Of a DNA stretch of 64,000 nucleotides, positions 19,182-28,345 are shown in pieces (position 1 is the first letter of the stretch; every line of letters begins with the position of its first letter). Source of the DNA: Gemmatimonadota bacterium (GTDB lineage: Bacteria; Gemmatimonadota; Gemmatimonadetes; Gemmatimonadales; GWC2-71-9); NCBI GenBank assembly GCA_041488455.1, contig JBGPPG010000001.1:11996-75995 (forward strand). Reading direction: 5' to 3'. Made by a program: the position numbers and the translations under genes. The notes below the pieces were generated by a model. The model did not search any database, was not told the origin of the DNA, and saw only the letters and a program-made list of their open reading frames with translations.

Positions 19182-20353
19182 GCGATCCCTTCCGCTACCT
19201 GACCTCCCTGGGCCAGGCGCTCTCCGCGATGGGACTGTACCCTGCCGGTCATCCGGCACGGGAGCGGACGGTCGATGCGTCGTTCGAGCTTCTGGGCGAG
19301 CTCTCCGCGGAGGCGGAGCCGCGATTCTCCTTCCTCGACGGCGAAGTGATCTACCAGCGCCAGATCCTGCGGGAGCTGGCGGCCTGGGAGTGGGCCGGGC
19401 GGCTTGCGGCGAAGGGTGTGGAGCGGATCGAGTTCCTCGAGGGCGTGACGCGCGACGAATACGCCGGCTGGCTCGACGATCTGCACAAGCTGCTGATCGG
19501 CGAGGCGATGGATACGGCGGAGGCCCGCCAGCTGCTGAGCCGGCGCATCCGCTACGGAGCGGTCGAGGTGCGCGGCCAGTCCGACGGTGCAGCCCCGGAG
19601 GCGGCCCCGGAAGACGACAGGACGCTCCCGGACCTCGACGCCGAGGTGGAGACGATCAACTGGATCCACGGCGAGGTGGGACGCCTGGGCCGTCTCCCGC
19701 TGCTCGAGGCGGAAGCGGTAGTGAGATCGCTCGCGGTCGCGATGCGGAGCCAGCGTCAGATCCGGCTGCCGCTGCTCCAGCTCAAGAACTTCGATCAGTA
19801 CACCACCACTCACTCGAGCAACGTCGCCGTGCTCGCCATGGCGCTCACCGAGTATCTGGGTCTCGGCTCGCGCGAGGTGCGGCTGTTCGGGGTGGCCGGA
19901 CTACTGCACGACCTGGGAAAGGTGCGGATCCCGAAGGACATTCTGGTGAAGCCCGGGCAGTTCACCGAGGAGGAGCGGGCGGTGATGCAGGGGCACCCCA
20001 AGGAGGGGGCCCGGATCATCATCGAGCAGGAGATGCGGCTGGACGTGGCCGCCTTCGTAGCCTACGAGCACCACATCATGCTGAATGGCGGAGGCTACCC
20101 GACGCTCCGTTACCCCCGCGAGTGCCACTACGCCAGCAAGGTCGTCCACGTGTGCGACGTGTACGACGCGCTGTGCACGGACCGCCCCTACCGGGCAGCG
20201 TGGACGTCGGAGCGGGCGGTCGGCTACCTCGGCGAGCGCTCCGGCATGGAGTTCGATCCGGAGCTGGTGGACGCCTTCAGCCGCATGATCCACGACTGGG
20301 CCCAGCGGCGGATGCCGATGCCCGACGAGCCGGCGCCGGAGCCGGTACAGTAG
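19178..20353 (+). CDS. HD-GYP domain protein (putative cyclic-dinucleotide phosphodiesterase, degenerate motif)
   Basis: HSSNVAVLA, GLLHDLGKVRIP, QGHPKEGARI, HHIMLNGGGYPT and DVYDALCTDRPYR. ATGA overlap with the upstream gene. Confidence 0.85.
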   Translation: MSDPFRYLTSLGQALSAMGLYPAGHPARERTVDASFELLGELSAEAEPRFSFLDGEVIYQRQILRELAAWEWAGRLAAKGVERIEFLEGVTRDEYAGWLDDLHKLLIGEAMDTAEARQLLSRRIRYGAVEVRGQSDGAAPEAAPEDDRTLPDLDAEVETINWIHGEVGRLGRLPLLEAEAVVRSLAVAMRSQRQIRLPLLQLKNFDQYTTTHSSNVAVLAMALTEYLGLGSREVRLFGVAGLLHDLGKVRIPKDILVKPGQFTEEERAVMQGHPKEGARIIIEQEMRLDVAAFVAYEHHIMLNGGGYPTLRYPRECHYASKVVHVCDVYDALCTDRPYRAAWTSERAVGYLGERSGMEFDPELVDAFSRMIHDWAQRRMPMPDEPAPEPVQ

Positions 20354-20387
20354 CCCCTTCGCGGTCCGCCTTACAGCCGCTTGTGAG

Positions 20388-21275
20388 TCAGCGCACCTCG
20401 AACGTGAGCGTTGCCCAGCGCGACTCGTAGTCGTGCGGTCCGTCCTGGACCTTCTCCATTCGGACAAACTTCGCATACCAGCGGCCGCGGGTCGTGAGCT
20501 TGAGGGCGGCGACGCCGTCCACGTCCGTGCGCAGCTCCTGGACGCCCATGCGGGCTCCGGCGGGCGTGCGTCCGCCCGCCAGCACCGAGAGTCCCACCGC
20601 GGGCCGGCCGTCCACCAGACAACGGAGCCGGAGCGTGCCGCCGGGCCCGAGAGCGTACGGGTTGTCGAGCGGGACGATCTCCGCCGCGTAGCCGAGGGGG
20701 GTGGAGAAGCCGTCGGTTCGAGCGGCGCCGACCTGGAAGACTGCTTTCACATGCTTGGAGTAGCGCTCGTGCGCGGAGTCGGCGGAGATACCCGCGCGCG
20801 CCCGGGCCTCGAGCACATCCCGGATCGCCTCGTCCTGGAGATACGCGGTGAACTGCTTTCCCGCGAGCGCGATCTCGCTCGGCCGGGTGGAGAGTGCAAC
20901 GACGTACGTGCCCGGCCCTCGGAGGCGAAGCGAGAGCAGTGTGGTGTCGCCCTGGGCGGATACACTGCCCGTGTCGAGCGGTTCGCGGCCGCCGGGGGTC
21001 ACAAGGGAAAGATCCGCGATGCGGCGGCGCTCGATCGCGTTCTCGCTCTTGGTGAAGGTGCCGTTGAGCACGGGCACCCGCACCGTCGCACCAGGCGAGA
21101 GAAAGAAGGTGTCGAGCTTGATGAAGAGGTCATGAGCGGAGAGTGCCGACGCGAGGGCCAGTACGGCCCCCGCTGCCAGCGCCGCGATGCGCCGGGCCCT
21201 CATCGCGCACCAGCCAGCGCCTCGAGCGCCGGGGGCGAGCAGAGAGACGAGCATCGGACGAACGACGCGGCGCAT
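20388..21275 (-). CDS. Periplasmic DUF4198-like protein
   Basis: Start set at ATG 21275, preceded by GAGGAG. Signal peptide, then AHDLFIKLDTFFLSPGATVRVPVLNGTF, the HD(F/L)W/F-type N-terminus typical of DUF4198. Confidence 0.6.
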   Translation of the reverse strand: MRRVVRPMLVSLLAPGARGAGWCAMRARRIAALAAGAVLALASALSAHDLFIKLDTFFLSPGATVRVPVLNGTFTKSENAIERRRIADLSLVTPGGREPLDTGSVSAQGDTTLLSLRLRGPGTYVVALSTRPSEIALAGKQFTAYLQDEAIRDVLEARARAGISADSAHERYSKHVKAVFQVGAARTDGFSTPLGYAAEIVPLDNPYALGPGGTLRLRCLVDGRPAVGLSVLAGGRTPAGARMGVQELRTDVDGVAALKLTTRGRWYAKFVRMEKVQDGPHDYESRWATLTFEVR

Positions 21276-21456
21276 GCGGGGCTCCTCGGGCGGTGGCGAA
21301 AGCGCCGTAATCTGTCTGGGCGAAGCCGCCCGGGCCACTTTGCTGTGGGTGCCCGCGTCAGTCGCTTGACATTCCGACTGAAAGACTCGCAATTTGGGTC
21401 TGGACACGCAACCAGCGTGGCCGAGCGCTGTCACGCCGCAATCCGGAGGACAGGAC

Positions 21457-22350
21457 ATGCCGCAAGAGCAATCAATTCCGGCCGTCGTACCCATCGAGCA
21501 GCGGGGGTACGTCCACCCGGAAGTGCTCGTTTCCACCGCGTGGGTCGCCGAGCACCTGAACGACCCGAAGGTACGCCTGGTCGAGTCGGACGAGGACGTG
21601 CTGCTCTATGAGACCGGGCACATTCCCGGCGCGGTCAAGGTCGACTGGGTGGCGGATCTCAACGATCCACTGCTCCGGGACTACGTCGGGCGCGAGCGGC
21701 TTCAATCTCTGCTCCGGTCGAAGGGCATCAGCCGGGACACGACGATCGTGTTCTACGGGGACAAGAACAACTGGTGGGCGACGTACAGCTTCTGGGTGCT
21801 TCGCCTGTTCGGTCTCGAGAACCTGAGGGTGATGGACGGCGGGCGGCAGCGCTGGGCGGAAGAGCAGCGGGCCCTTACCACGGAGGCGCCGCGCCATCCG
21901 GAGGGCAACATCGTCGTGGGCGAGCGGAACGATGCCTCCATCCGGGCTTTCCGGGACGAGGTGCTGGAGCACGCGCGCCAGCGCGGCTCGATGGTGGACG
22001 TGAGGAGCCCCGAGGAGTTCCGCGGCGAACGGCTGCACATGCCTGAGTACCCCAGCGAGGGCGCGCTTCGCGGCGGCCACATTCCGGGGGCCCGAAGCAT
22101 TCCGTGGGGTCGCGCCGTCAACCCCGAGACGCACACTTTCCGCCCCGCTACAGAGCTGCGTACGATCTATGAGCAGGAGAACGGGCTCACCCGCGGCGGG
22201 GACACGATCGTCTACTGCCGGATCGGGGAGCGCTCGTCCCACACCTGGTTCGCGCTCACCTATCTGCTGGGCTTCGGACGGGTCCGGAATTACGACGGAT
22301 CGTGGACGGAGTGGGGGAACGGGGTGCGGTTGCCGATCGAGAAGCCTTAA
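21457..22350 (+). CDS. Thiosulfate/3-mercaptopyruvate sulfurtransferase (tandem rhodanese)
   Basis: ATG 21457 lies 6 nt after GGAGGA. Two rhodanese domains with active-site loop [13 protein letters not shown] and GHIPGA repeated. Confidence 0.9.
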   Translation: MPQEQSIPAVVPIEQRGYVHPEVLVSTAWVAEHLNDPKVRLVESDEDVLLYETGHIPGAVKVDWVADLNDPLLRDYVGRERLQSLLRSKGISRDTTIVFYGDKNNWWATYSFWVLRLFGLENLRVMDGGRQRWAEEQRALTTEAPRHPEGNIVVGERNDASIRAFRDEVLEHARQRGSMVDVRSPEEFRGERLHMPEYPSEGALRGGHIPGARSIPWGRAVNPETHTFRPATELRTIYEQENGLTRGGDTIVYCRIGERSSHTWFALTYLLGFGRVRNYDGSWTEWGNGVRLPIEKP

Positions 22351-22355
22351 GGGAA

Positions 22356-22399
22356 GCCGTTAGCCGTTAGCCGTTAGCCGTTAGCTAATGGCTAACGGC
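22356..22399. repeat. Tandem heptamer array GCCGTTA x4 plus an inverted copy (hairpin around ATG 22388)
   Basis: Four perfect head-to-tail copies at 22356-22383, followed by GC. GCCGTTAGC (22377-22385) is complementary to GCTAACGGC (22391-22399). The loop is TAATG. Confidence 0.9.
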
Positions 22400-22960
22400 C
22401 AACAGTTTCCCGAACACCGCTATCCTTCCTCCATGCCAGACCGCGAAACCCAGATCGCCATCCTCGTTGACCATTTCAAGCGCCCCCGGCACAAGGGGAC
22501 GCTCGATGGCGCCGATGCCACGATGCCGGGCGGGAATCCGGGGTGCGGTGACCTCGTCACCATGCACGTCAAGGCCGGGACGGACGGCCGCGTCGAGGCG
22601 GTGAGGTTCGAGGGCGAAGGCTGCACGATCAGTCAGGCGGCGGCCTCGATCCTGGCGGACCGGATCAACAAGACGCATCCTACGCTGGACGAGGTCGTGG
22701 ACTTCCCGTACGAGCAGATGATCGAGATGCTGGGCCGGGAGGTCGTCGGCTTCCGTGAGCGCTGCGCGACTCTGGCGCTCGGCACGCTGAAGATGGCGGC
22801 GAAACAGATCCAGACGTATCGGCGGCTCCGGGCGGCGGGACGTACTGACGTGGAGATCCGGGAATTGCAGCAGGCGCTGATGAACGCACGCGGCGAGGGC
22901 GGCCTCGTGTTCGGGCAGGCGGCCGAGGCCCAGAAAGGCGTGGGCGGGGGCGAGGCATGA
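22388..22960 (+). CDS. SufU/IscU-type Fe-S cluster scaffold (NifU N-terminal family) with a C-terminal extension
   Basis: GGNPGCGDLVTMHV, GEGCTISQAAAS and ERCATLALGTL (three Cys ligand motifs). An alternative start is ATG 22433 (MPDRETQIAILVDHF). Confidence 0.85.
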   Translation: MANGQQFPEHRYPSSMPDRETQIAILVDHFKRPRHKGTLDGADATMPGGNPGCGDLVTMHVKAGTDGRVEAVRFEGEGCTISQAAASILADRINKTHPTLDEVVDFPYEQMIEMLGREVVGFRERCATLALGTLKMAAKQIQTYRRLRAAGRTDVEIRELQQALMNARGEGGLVFGQAAEAQKGVGGGEA

Positions 22961-23074
22961 AGCTGGGGACTGCGAATGCGACTTTCGTGGAGCACCCCAA
23001 GCGGAATCCGGGCTGTTACGACTAGAGCCCGCTGGTCCTGTCCGTCCAGCGGTGTGCGCGCTATCCTATTGCCC

Positions 23075-24472
23075 ATGCCCATGACAATCCGTGGTTCCCG
23101 CGGGCCGCGGGTGTTTCTCGCGCCCGCGGTTCTCGTCGCCGTCGTCGCGGCACCGCTCGCAGCGCAGGCCTCCCCCGACTCCGCTCGCCCGTTCGGCACG
23201 CTGCGCGAGCAAGCCGATCGCCAGCAAGCCTGGCTCAAGGAGCGGCTGGACAGTCTCCTGCCGGGCCTGATGAGGAAGTACGGGATCGACATGTGGGTGG
23301 CGCCGATGCGGGAGTACAACGAGGATCCCGTCTTCCTGGCGATCGTCTCTCCCACCACGTTCGCGGCCCGCCGCCGCACCATCTACGTCTTCTTCGACCG
23401 CGGCCCGGGCAAGGGCGTGGAGCGCCTGGCGTTGGGGGGCAGCTCGCAGGGCGGCCTGTACGAGGCCGTGCGGTCCACCAAGCAGGTGACGGCCGCGGTC
23501 GGCGGCCGCCAGGCGGAGCTCTGGGGCGACCAGCAGTGGCAGGTCCTCAAAGACGTCATCGAAGCCCGCAAGCCGAAGGTGATCGGGATCGACGTGTCGC
23601 GGACCTTCGCCTTCGCCGACGGCTTGAGCGCCGGAGAATACGAGGCGATGCGGCAGGCGCTCGGGCCCAGGTGGTCGAGCCGCTTCCGGCGGGCCGAGGG
23701 GCTTCCGGTCGACCTGATCGCGGCCCGCCTGCCCGAGGAGCAGCGCTTCTATCACGATCTGGCCCACCTCACCTGGACCGTCATCGACTCGATGTTCTCG
23801 AGCCAGGCGGTCCGGCCGGGGACCACGCGCACCAGTGACCTCGTCTGGGACTTCCGCCAGCGGGTGAACGACCTCGGGCTCGGCACCTGGTTCCAGCCGT
23901 CGGTGGACGTGCAACGGCGGGGTGCGACCGACGACCAGCTGGGCGACGATCCGATCATCCAAGCGGGCGATGTCCTCCACTGCGACGTCGGCATCACCGC
24001 CCTCCGTCTCAACACCGACATCCAGCATCTCGCCTACGTCCTCCCCAAGGGCGAGACGGAGCCCCCGGCCGGGCTCGTTGCCGCGCTCCGCCAGTCGAAC
24101 CGGCTCCAGGACATCATGATGGAGGAAATCCGCCCGGGTCGCACCGGGAACGAAATCCTCACGTCGGCGCGGGCCCGGATGACGGCGGAGGGCATCGACG
24201 GGACGATCTACTCGCACCCGATCGGGCTCAACGGCCACGGGGCGGGTCCGCTGATCGGTCTGTGGGACTACCAGGAGGGGGTGCCGGGGCGGGGCGACCA
24301 CAAGGTCATCGACGACCAGTGGTTTTCCGTCGAGCTGCAAGCGACGAGCCGCGTGCCCGAGTGGGACGGTCAGCCCGTCCGGATGGCGCAGGAAGAAGAC
24401 ATGGTCATGGGCCCGGACGGTGTGCCGCGCTGGGCGTATCGGCGGCAGACCGAGTTCCGCCTCATTCCGTAG
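23075..24472 (+). CDS. Secreted M24-family metallopeptidase (Xaa-Pro/creatinase-like)
   Basis: Start at ATG 23075 gives the signal peptide [32 protein letters not shown]. Pita-bread fold motifs [15 protein letters not shown] and VELQ. Confidence 0.8.
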   Translation: MPMTIRGSRGPRVFLAPAVLVAVVAAPLAAQASPDSARPFGTLREQADRQQAWLKERLDSLLPGLMRKYGIDMWVAPMREYNEDPVFLAIVSPTTFAARRRTIYVFFDRGPGKGVERLALGGSSQGGLYEAVRSTKQVTAAVGGRQAELWGDQQWQVLKDVIEARKPKVIGIDVSRTFAFADGLSAGEYEAMRQALGPRWSSRFRRAEGLPVDLIAARLPEEQRFYHDLAHLTWTVIDSMFSSQAVRPGTTRTSDLVWDFRQRVNDLGLGTWFQPSVDVQRRGATDDQLGDDPIIQAGDVLHCDVGITALRLNTDIQHLAYVLPKGETEPPAGLVAALRQSNRLQDIMMEEIRPGRTGNEILTSARARMTAEGIDGTIYSHPIGLNGHGAGPLIGLWDYQEGVPGRGDHKVIDDQWFSVELQATSRVPEWDGQPVRMAQEEDMVMGPDGVPRWAYRRQTEFRLIP

Positions 24473-24486
24473 GCAACGCCGCGATC

Positions 24487-25122
24487 ATGTCGATCGCCGA
24501 CCTTCGCCGGGAATACGCCCGCGCCCGTCTGGACGAGCGCGACGTCGATCCCGACCCGCTCGCGCAGTTCCGCAAGTGGTTCGACGACGCGGAGCGCGCC
24601 GAGCTGCCCGAGCCCACCGCGATGACGCTGGCTACGGCCACGCCGGATGGCATTCCGTCGGCGCGCATCGTCCTGCTCAAGGGGGCCGACCCGCGAGGCT
24701 TCACCTTCTTCACCGACTATCGCAGCCGGAAGGGGCAGGAGCTCGCGGCCAATCCACACGCCGCCCTGGTGTTCCACTGGGGCGAGCTGGAGCGCCAGGT
24801 GCGGATCACGGGGACGGTGGGCCGGCTGTCGCGCGAGGAGAGCGAGGCGTACTTCCGCACCCGGCCGCGCGAGAGCCGGCTGGGGGCGTGGAGCTCACAC
24901 CAAAGCACCGTCCTGGACGGTCGCGACGTGCTCGACGCCCGGGTGCGGGAGGCCTCCGCGCGCCATCCCGGCGAGGACGTCCCCACGCCGCCCTACTGGG
25001 GCGGGTTTGTTCTGGAGCCCGACGCGTTCGAGTTCTGGCAGGGACGGGAAAGCCGGCTTCACGATCGGGTGCGATACCGGCGGGAGGCCGGTGCGTGGCG
25101 GATCGAGCGGCTGTCGCCTTGA
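24487..25122 (+). CDS. pdxH: Pyridoxamine 5'-phosphate oxidase
   Basis: 211 aa. [57 protein letters not shown] and [15 protein letters not shown] are the full PdxH signature. Confidence 0.95.
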   Translation: MSIADLRREYARARLDERDVDPDPLAQFRKWFDDAERAELPEPTAMTLATATPDGIPSARIVLLKGADPRGFTFFTDYRSRKGQELAANPHAALVFHWGELERQVRITGTVGRLSREESEAYFRTRPRESRLGAWSSHQSTVLDGRDVLDARVREASARHPGEDVPTPPYWGGFVLEPDAFEFWQGRESRLHDRVRYRREAGAWRIERLSP

Positions 25123-25129
25123 CTGTGCT

Positions 25130-25687
25130 TCACCCCTCCCACCGCACACTGTATCTACACACCGCTCCTCCCTTGGCCCGGCACTCCTCCTCGACCACGC
25201 TCACGTGCTTCGCGCCGCACAGCTCGAGCGCCTTGCGGTACCACCCGACGACGGTCAGGCAGTCGGGTGCGCTGAACGTCTCGGCGTCGTGGGTAGTGAG
25301 GGTGCCGGCGGTCGGCCCGGTAGGCGCGTACTCCCGGCGGCCGCTCTCGTAGTAGAGGGAGTAGATCTGCGGCGCCTTGGCGAGGAACGCCTGGGGATCT
25401 CCGGGTGTGAGATACCCGGAGTGCAGCGAGGCGAGATTCTTCTCGGCCGATGCGGCGCCAAGCCGCTCGAAGAAGTCGGGACGGCCCTGGCCGACGACGC
25501 GTACGATCGCATCGTCGAGCCGCTTCCCCAGCTCGAACGGATACCAGTTCGAGGTGAAGATCAGCCGAAACGGCCGTTGATCGTCCGCCGGCAGGCTTAA
25601 GAGCACCTGCTGGACCGCGTCCTTCCCAAAATGCTCCTCGACGAAGGCGATTCGGGACTTGAGCACCGCACCTTTGACCTGCTGCAC
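25130..25687 (-). CDS. Hypothetical small ligand-binding-like protein (H-NOX/V4R/DUF2378-like; weak assignment)
   Basis: 185-aa ORF with good coding composition. N-terminus VKGAVLKSRIAFVEEHFG and C-terminus EEECRAKGGAVCRYSVRW resemble V4R/DUF2378-type domains. No catalytic motif seen. Confidence 0.5.
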   Translation of the reverse strand: MQQVKGAVLKSRIAFVEEHFGKDAVQQVLLSLPADDQRPFRLIFTSNWYPFELGKRLDDAIVRVVGQGRPDFFERLGAASAEKNLASLHSGYLTPGDPQAFLAKAPQIYSLYYESGRREYAPTGPTAGTLTTHDAETFSAPDCLTVVGWYRKALELCGAKHVSVVEEECRAKGGAVCRYSVRWEG

Positions 25688-25756
25688 CGGCCGCTCCAGG
25701 CTCGATTCGACGCCGGGAAGATAAGACCGTCGCCCACGCGGAACAGGTCCTCCGAT

Positions 25757-26266
25757 TCAAGCTCTCCGGCGCCGGGGCGTGCTCAGCGGCTCCCACGCCG
25801 CCCCTCGCGCGTGCTTGGCCAGCAGCACGATCTGCCCGACGTGGTAGGCGTAGTGGCAGACCTGGCGCTCGATGGCCTGTACCACGGTGAGCGGCTCGCC
25901 TCGGATGCGCACTTCTCGCAGCAGGTCGTCCAGCCTGAGCGCTTCGATTGCGCCGAGCGTGCGGCGCCACCCATCCTCCCACGCGTCGAGCAGCTTCGCG
26001 AGATCGGTGCCCGGCCCCACCTCGAACTCGGCGTCCCGGTTGCGGTCGGGTTTCTCGCCGTCGGTCGTGAGGAAGTCGGTCCAGCGGGAGCGCATGTTGC
26101 CGGCCATATGCTGGATCAGGACCGCGATGCTGTTGGCCTCCCCGTCCAAGTGACGGAAGATCGCCTCGGGGGCGGTCTGGGCCACGGCACGGTCGGCCAA
26201 TGTCTTGTACTGCCGCAGAGCCCGGGCGACTTCGGCCAGGTACGCCGCCCCCACACGATCGTCCAT
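25757..26266 (-). CDS. DinB-superfamily protein (DUF1572-like)
   Basis: Start at ATG 26266, preceded by GAGAGAGGAAG. Four-helix pattern with IAVLIQHMAGN and HYAYHVGQIVLLAK (His triad). Confidence 0.7.
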   Translation of the reverse strand: MDDRVGAAYLAEVARALRQYKTLADRAVAQTAPEAIFRHLDGEANSIAVLIQHMAGNMRSRWTDFLTTDGEKPDRNRDAEFEVGPGTDLAKLLDAWEDGWRRTLGAIEALRLDDLLREVRIRGEPLTVVQAIERQVCHYAYHVGQIVLLAKHARGAAWEPLSTPRRRRA

Positions 26267-26317
26267 GCTACACTTCCTCTCTCGAGCTGATCCGACCCGT
26301 TCCTTCCGGAGCCCAAA

Positions 26318-26614
26318 ATGTACGCGATCGCCTTGATCCGGTACCGTCGACCGCTGGAAGAGGTGCTCGCCGCGCTCGAGCCCCACCGCGCATATCTCAG
26401 GAGCCTCAAGGAACGTGGCCTCCTCCTCGCGTCCGGCCCGCTCGATCCGCGCACCGGCGGTGCGCTGCTGCTTCGAGTCCCCGACGATGCAGTCCAGGGG
26501 ACGCTCGACCGCATCCGGGACGAGGATCCGTTCACCAGCCTGGGCCTGGCCCAATACGAGGTCTGGCCATGGGTAGTGGTGATGGGGAAGGAAGCGTTGG
26601 ACGGGGTGCGATAG
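26318..26614 (+). CDS. YciI-like protein
   Basis: 98 aa. MYAIALIRY...HRAYL...GLLLASGP...GALLLL-type pattern of the YciI family. Confidence 0.8.
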   Translation: MYAIALIRYRRPLEEVLAALEPHRAYLRSLKERGLLLASGPLDPRTGGALLLRVPDDAVQGTLDRIRDEDPFTSLGLAQYEVWPWVVVMGKEALDGVR

Positions 26615-26698
26615 TGAGAAGTGAGAAATGGGAAGCGAGAAGGGGGCCCCTGCCGAACGGAGCCCCCTTCTCACCTCTCACTCCTCAACTCTCACTTC
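26614..26698. repeat. Heptamer arrays GTGAGAA-type (26614-26641) and complementary TTCTCAC-type (26668-26698) forming a long imperfect hairpin
   Basis: Left arm: GTGAGAA GTGAGAA ATGGGAA GCGAGAA. Right arm: TTCTCAC CTCTCAC TCCTCAA CTCTCAC TTCC. The arrays fill the whole spacer between two convergent stop codons (26612-26614 and 26699-26701). Confidence 0.9.
26637..26672. terminator. Bidirectional hairpin terminator candidate (core of the heptamer hairpin)
   Basis: Perfect 11-bp stem GAGAAGGGGGC (26637-26647) / GCCCCCTTCTC (26662-26672) with a 14-nt loop. Lies between convergent genes. No long U tract. Confidence 0.55.
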
Positions 26699-28345
26699 CT
26701 AGAACGGCTTATACCCCGGGCTCCCGTAGCGCGTGAGGTGCAGGATATCCCACAGGGGCACGCCGTACGCGATGATGACCAGCACCACCGCCACCCCAAA
26801 CCAGATCTCCAATCTGTCCCAGACCGTCACGCGGTATCCCTCTGGCGGCCGACCGAGCGACTCGGCGTACTCGATCGCTGCCTGCGGACGGCGCGCGCCG
26901 GCGAGAAGCGTCCCCAGCATTACCAGCACGAAGAAGAGCGCGCTGGTGAACAGTACAACGCCACCCAGCGCTGAGACCCGGGTCAGTCCTTGCCACATCT
27001 GGGCTTGCGCCGCGCCGTTGTAGGTATCAGTGAAGATTCGGCGGGGCATGCCCATCAGCCCGGTGACGTGGTTCACGAACGAGAAGAGGACCATCCCCAG
27101 GAACCAGAGGTAGGGCTGTACCTTGGCGAGCAGCCTCAGCTCCAGCTCCCGCCCGCTCACCTTCGGCACCAGCCAGTAGCAGGTGCCCATGAAGGTCAGG
27201 GCTGCCGCGCTGCCCACCGTGAGGTGGAAATGAGCGTGGATCCAGGCAGTATTGTGCACGACCGAGTTGAGCGCGAACGCCGCGTTCACCGCCCCGCCGA
27301 ACCCGCCGACCATGAAGAGCAGGCAGGCCAGCAGAACGCTGGACACCAACGGGTCGCCCCACGGCAAGGTGCGGATCCAGCCGAAGAGGCCCGTTCCCCC
27401 GCGAAGCCTGCCTGCCACCTCGAGCGACGCCACGATGGTGAAGGCCGTCAGGAGGCTCGGGAAAGAGATGATCATCGTGTTGAACGTATGCAGAAGCTTC
27501 CACCCGGCAGGGATGCCCGGGTCCTGAAACTGGTGGTGCAGGCCGACGGGAGTGGACAGGACCAGAAACAAGGCAAAGACCATCCGGCCGAGCGGCTCCG
27601 AGAAGAGCTTTCCGCCCGCTTTGCGCGGAAGCACCGTGTACCAGATCGTGTACGCGGGCAGTATCCAGAAGTAGACCAGCGGGTGACCGAAGTACCAGAA
27701 CAACGTGCGGGCCAGGAGCGGATCCACCGTCTTGGTCAGTCCGAGTGACCATGGGATGAGCTGGAAGAGCATCTCCGCCGCGACCCCGACGGTGCAGAGG
27801 AGCCAGAGGAGGGCGTTGGCTGCGGTCGCGTGCATCGCGAGACTGACGGGTCGGTCACCGGCCGCGGCGCGTGCCGCCCGCCAGCTCGCGACCATGTTCG
27901 CCGCCCAGCCCCACGAGCCCACCACCAGCAGCGTGAGCCCGATGTAGAAGAGCGGGTGTGCCTGGAGCGGAGGGTAGAAGGTGTAGAGGACGCTCGCCTT
28001 GAACGCGAAGATCGTCCCGAGCGCCATCAGCGTGCCCGCCACCGCGAGCCCGTAGGCGGTCCAGGAGACCCGTGGCCACCGCCGCACGCCCGTCTCCCTG
28101 TACGCGATCGCGTAGCCGAGCCCCATGATGAAGAACGTCGTGAACACCAGCGCCATCAGGACGCCGTGAGCGGTGACCGACATGTAGTACATGCTGGCCG
28201 ACCGATACGGTACTTCCAGATTCGCGCGGCTGATCGCCTGCATCATGGCCATCGCGGCCGCGATCCCGAAGGCGATTACAGCCACCCAGATGTGCGCCAG
28301 GACAAGCCGATCGGCTCCGCCGCGCGGAGTGGGCTCAGTAGCCAT
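26699..28345 (-). CDS. Heme-copper oxidase subunit I, B-type (ba3-like)
   Basis: 548 aa, about 13 TM helices. FGHPLVYFWILPAY, GLHHQF and HAHFHLTVGSAAALTFMG histidine ligand motifs. Short B-family length. Confidence 0.9.
   Translation of the reverse strand: MATEPTPRGGADRLVLAHIWVAVIAFGIAAAMAMMQAISRANLEVPYRSASMYYMSVTAHGVLMALVFTTFFIMGLGYAIAYRETGVRRWPRVSWTAYGLAVAGTLMALGTIFAFKASVLYTFYPPLQAHPLFYIGLTLLVVGSWGWAANMVASWRAARAAAGDRPVSLAMHATAANALLWLLCTVGVAAEMLFQLIPWSLGLTKTVDPLLARTLFWYFGHPLVYFWILPAYTIWYTVLPRKAGGKLFSEPLGRMVFALFLVLSTPVGLHHQFQDPGIPAGWKLLHTFNTMIISFPSLLTAFTIVASLEVAGRLRGGTGLFGWIRTLPWGDPLVSSVLLACLLFMVGGFGGAVNAAFALNSVVHNTAWIHAHFHLTVGSAAALTFMGTCYWLVPKVSGRELELRLLAKVQPYLWFLGMVLFSFVNHVTGLMGMPRRIFTDTYNGAAQAQMWQGLTRVSALGGVVLFTSALFFVLVMLGTLLAGARRPQAAIEYAESLGRPPEGYRVTVWDRLEIWFGVAVVLVIIAYGVPLWDILHLTRYGSPGYKPF

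Noticed and set aside
21366-21395. TTGACA hexamer upstream of the rhodanese gene as a promoter
   Set aside because: The best -10 candidates at 17-18 nt spacing (GCAATT, CAATTT) are poor, and there is no supporting evidence, so I did not call it as a feature.
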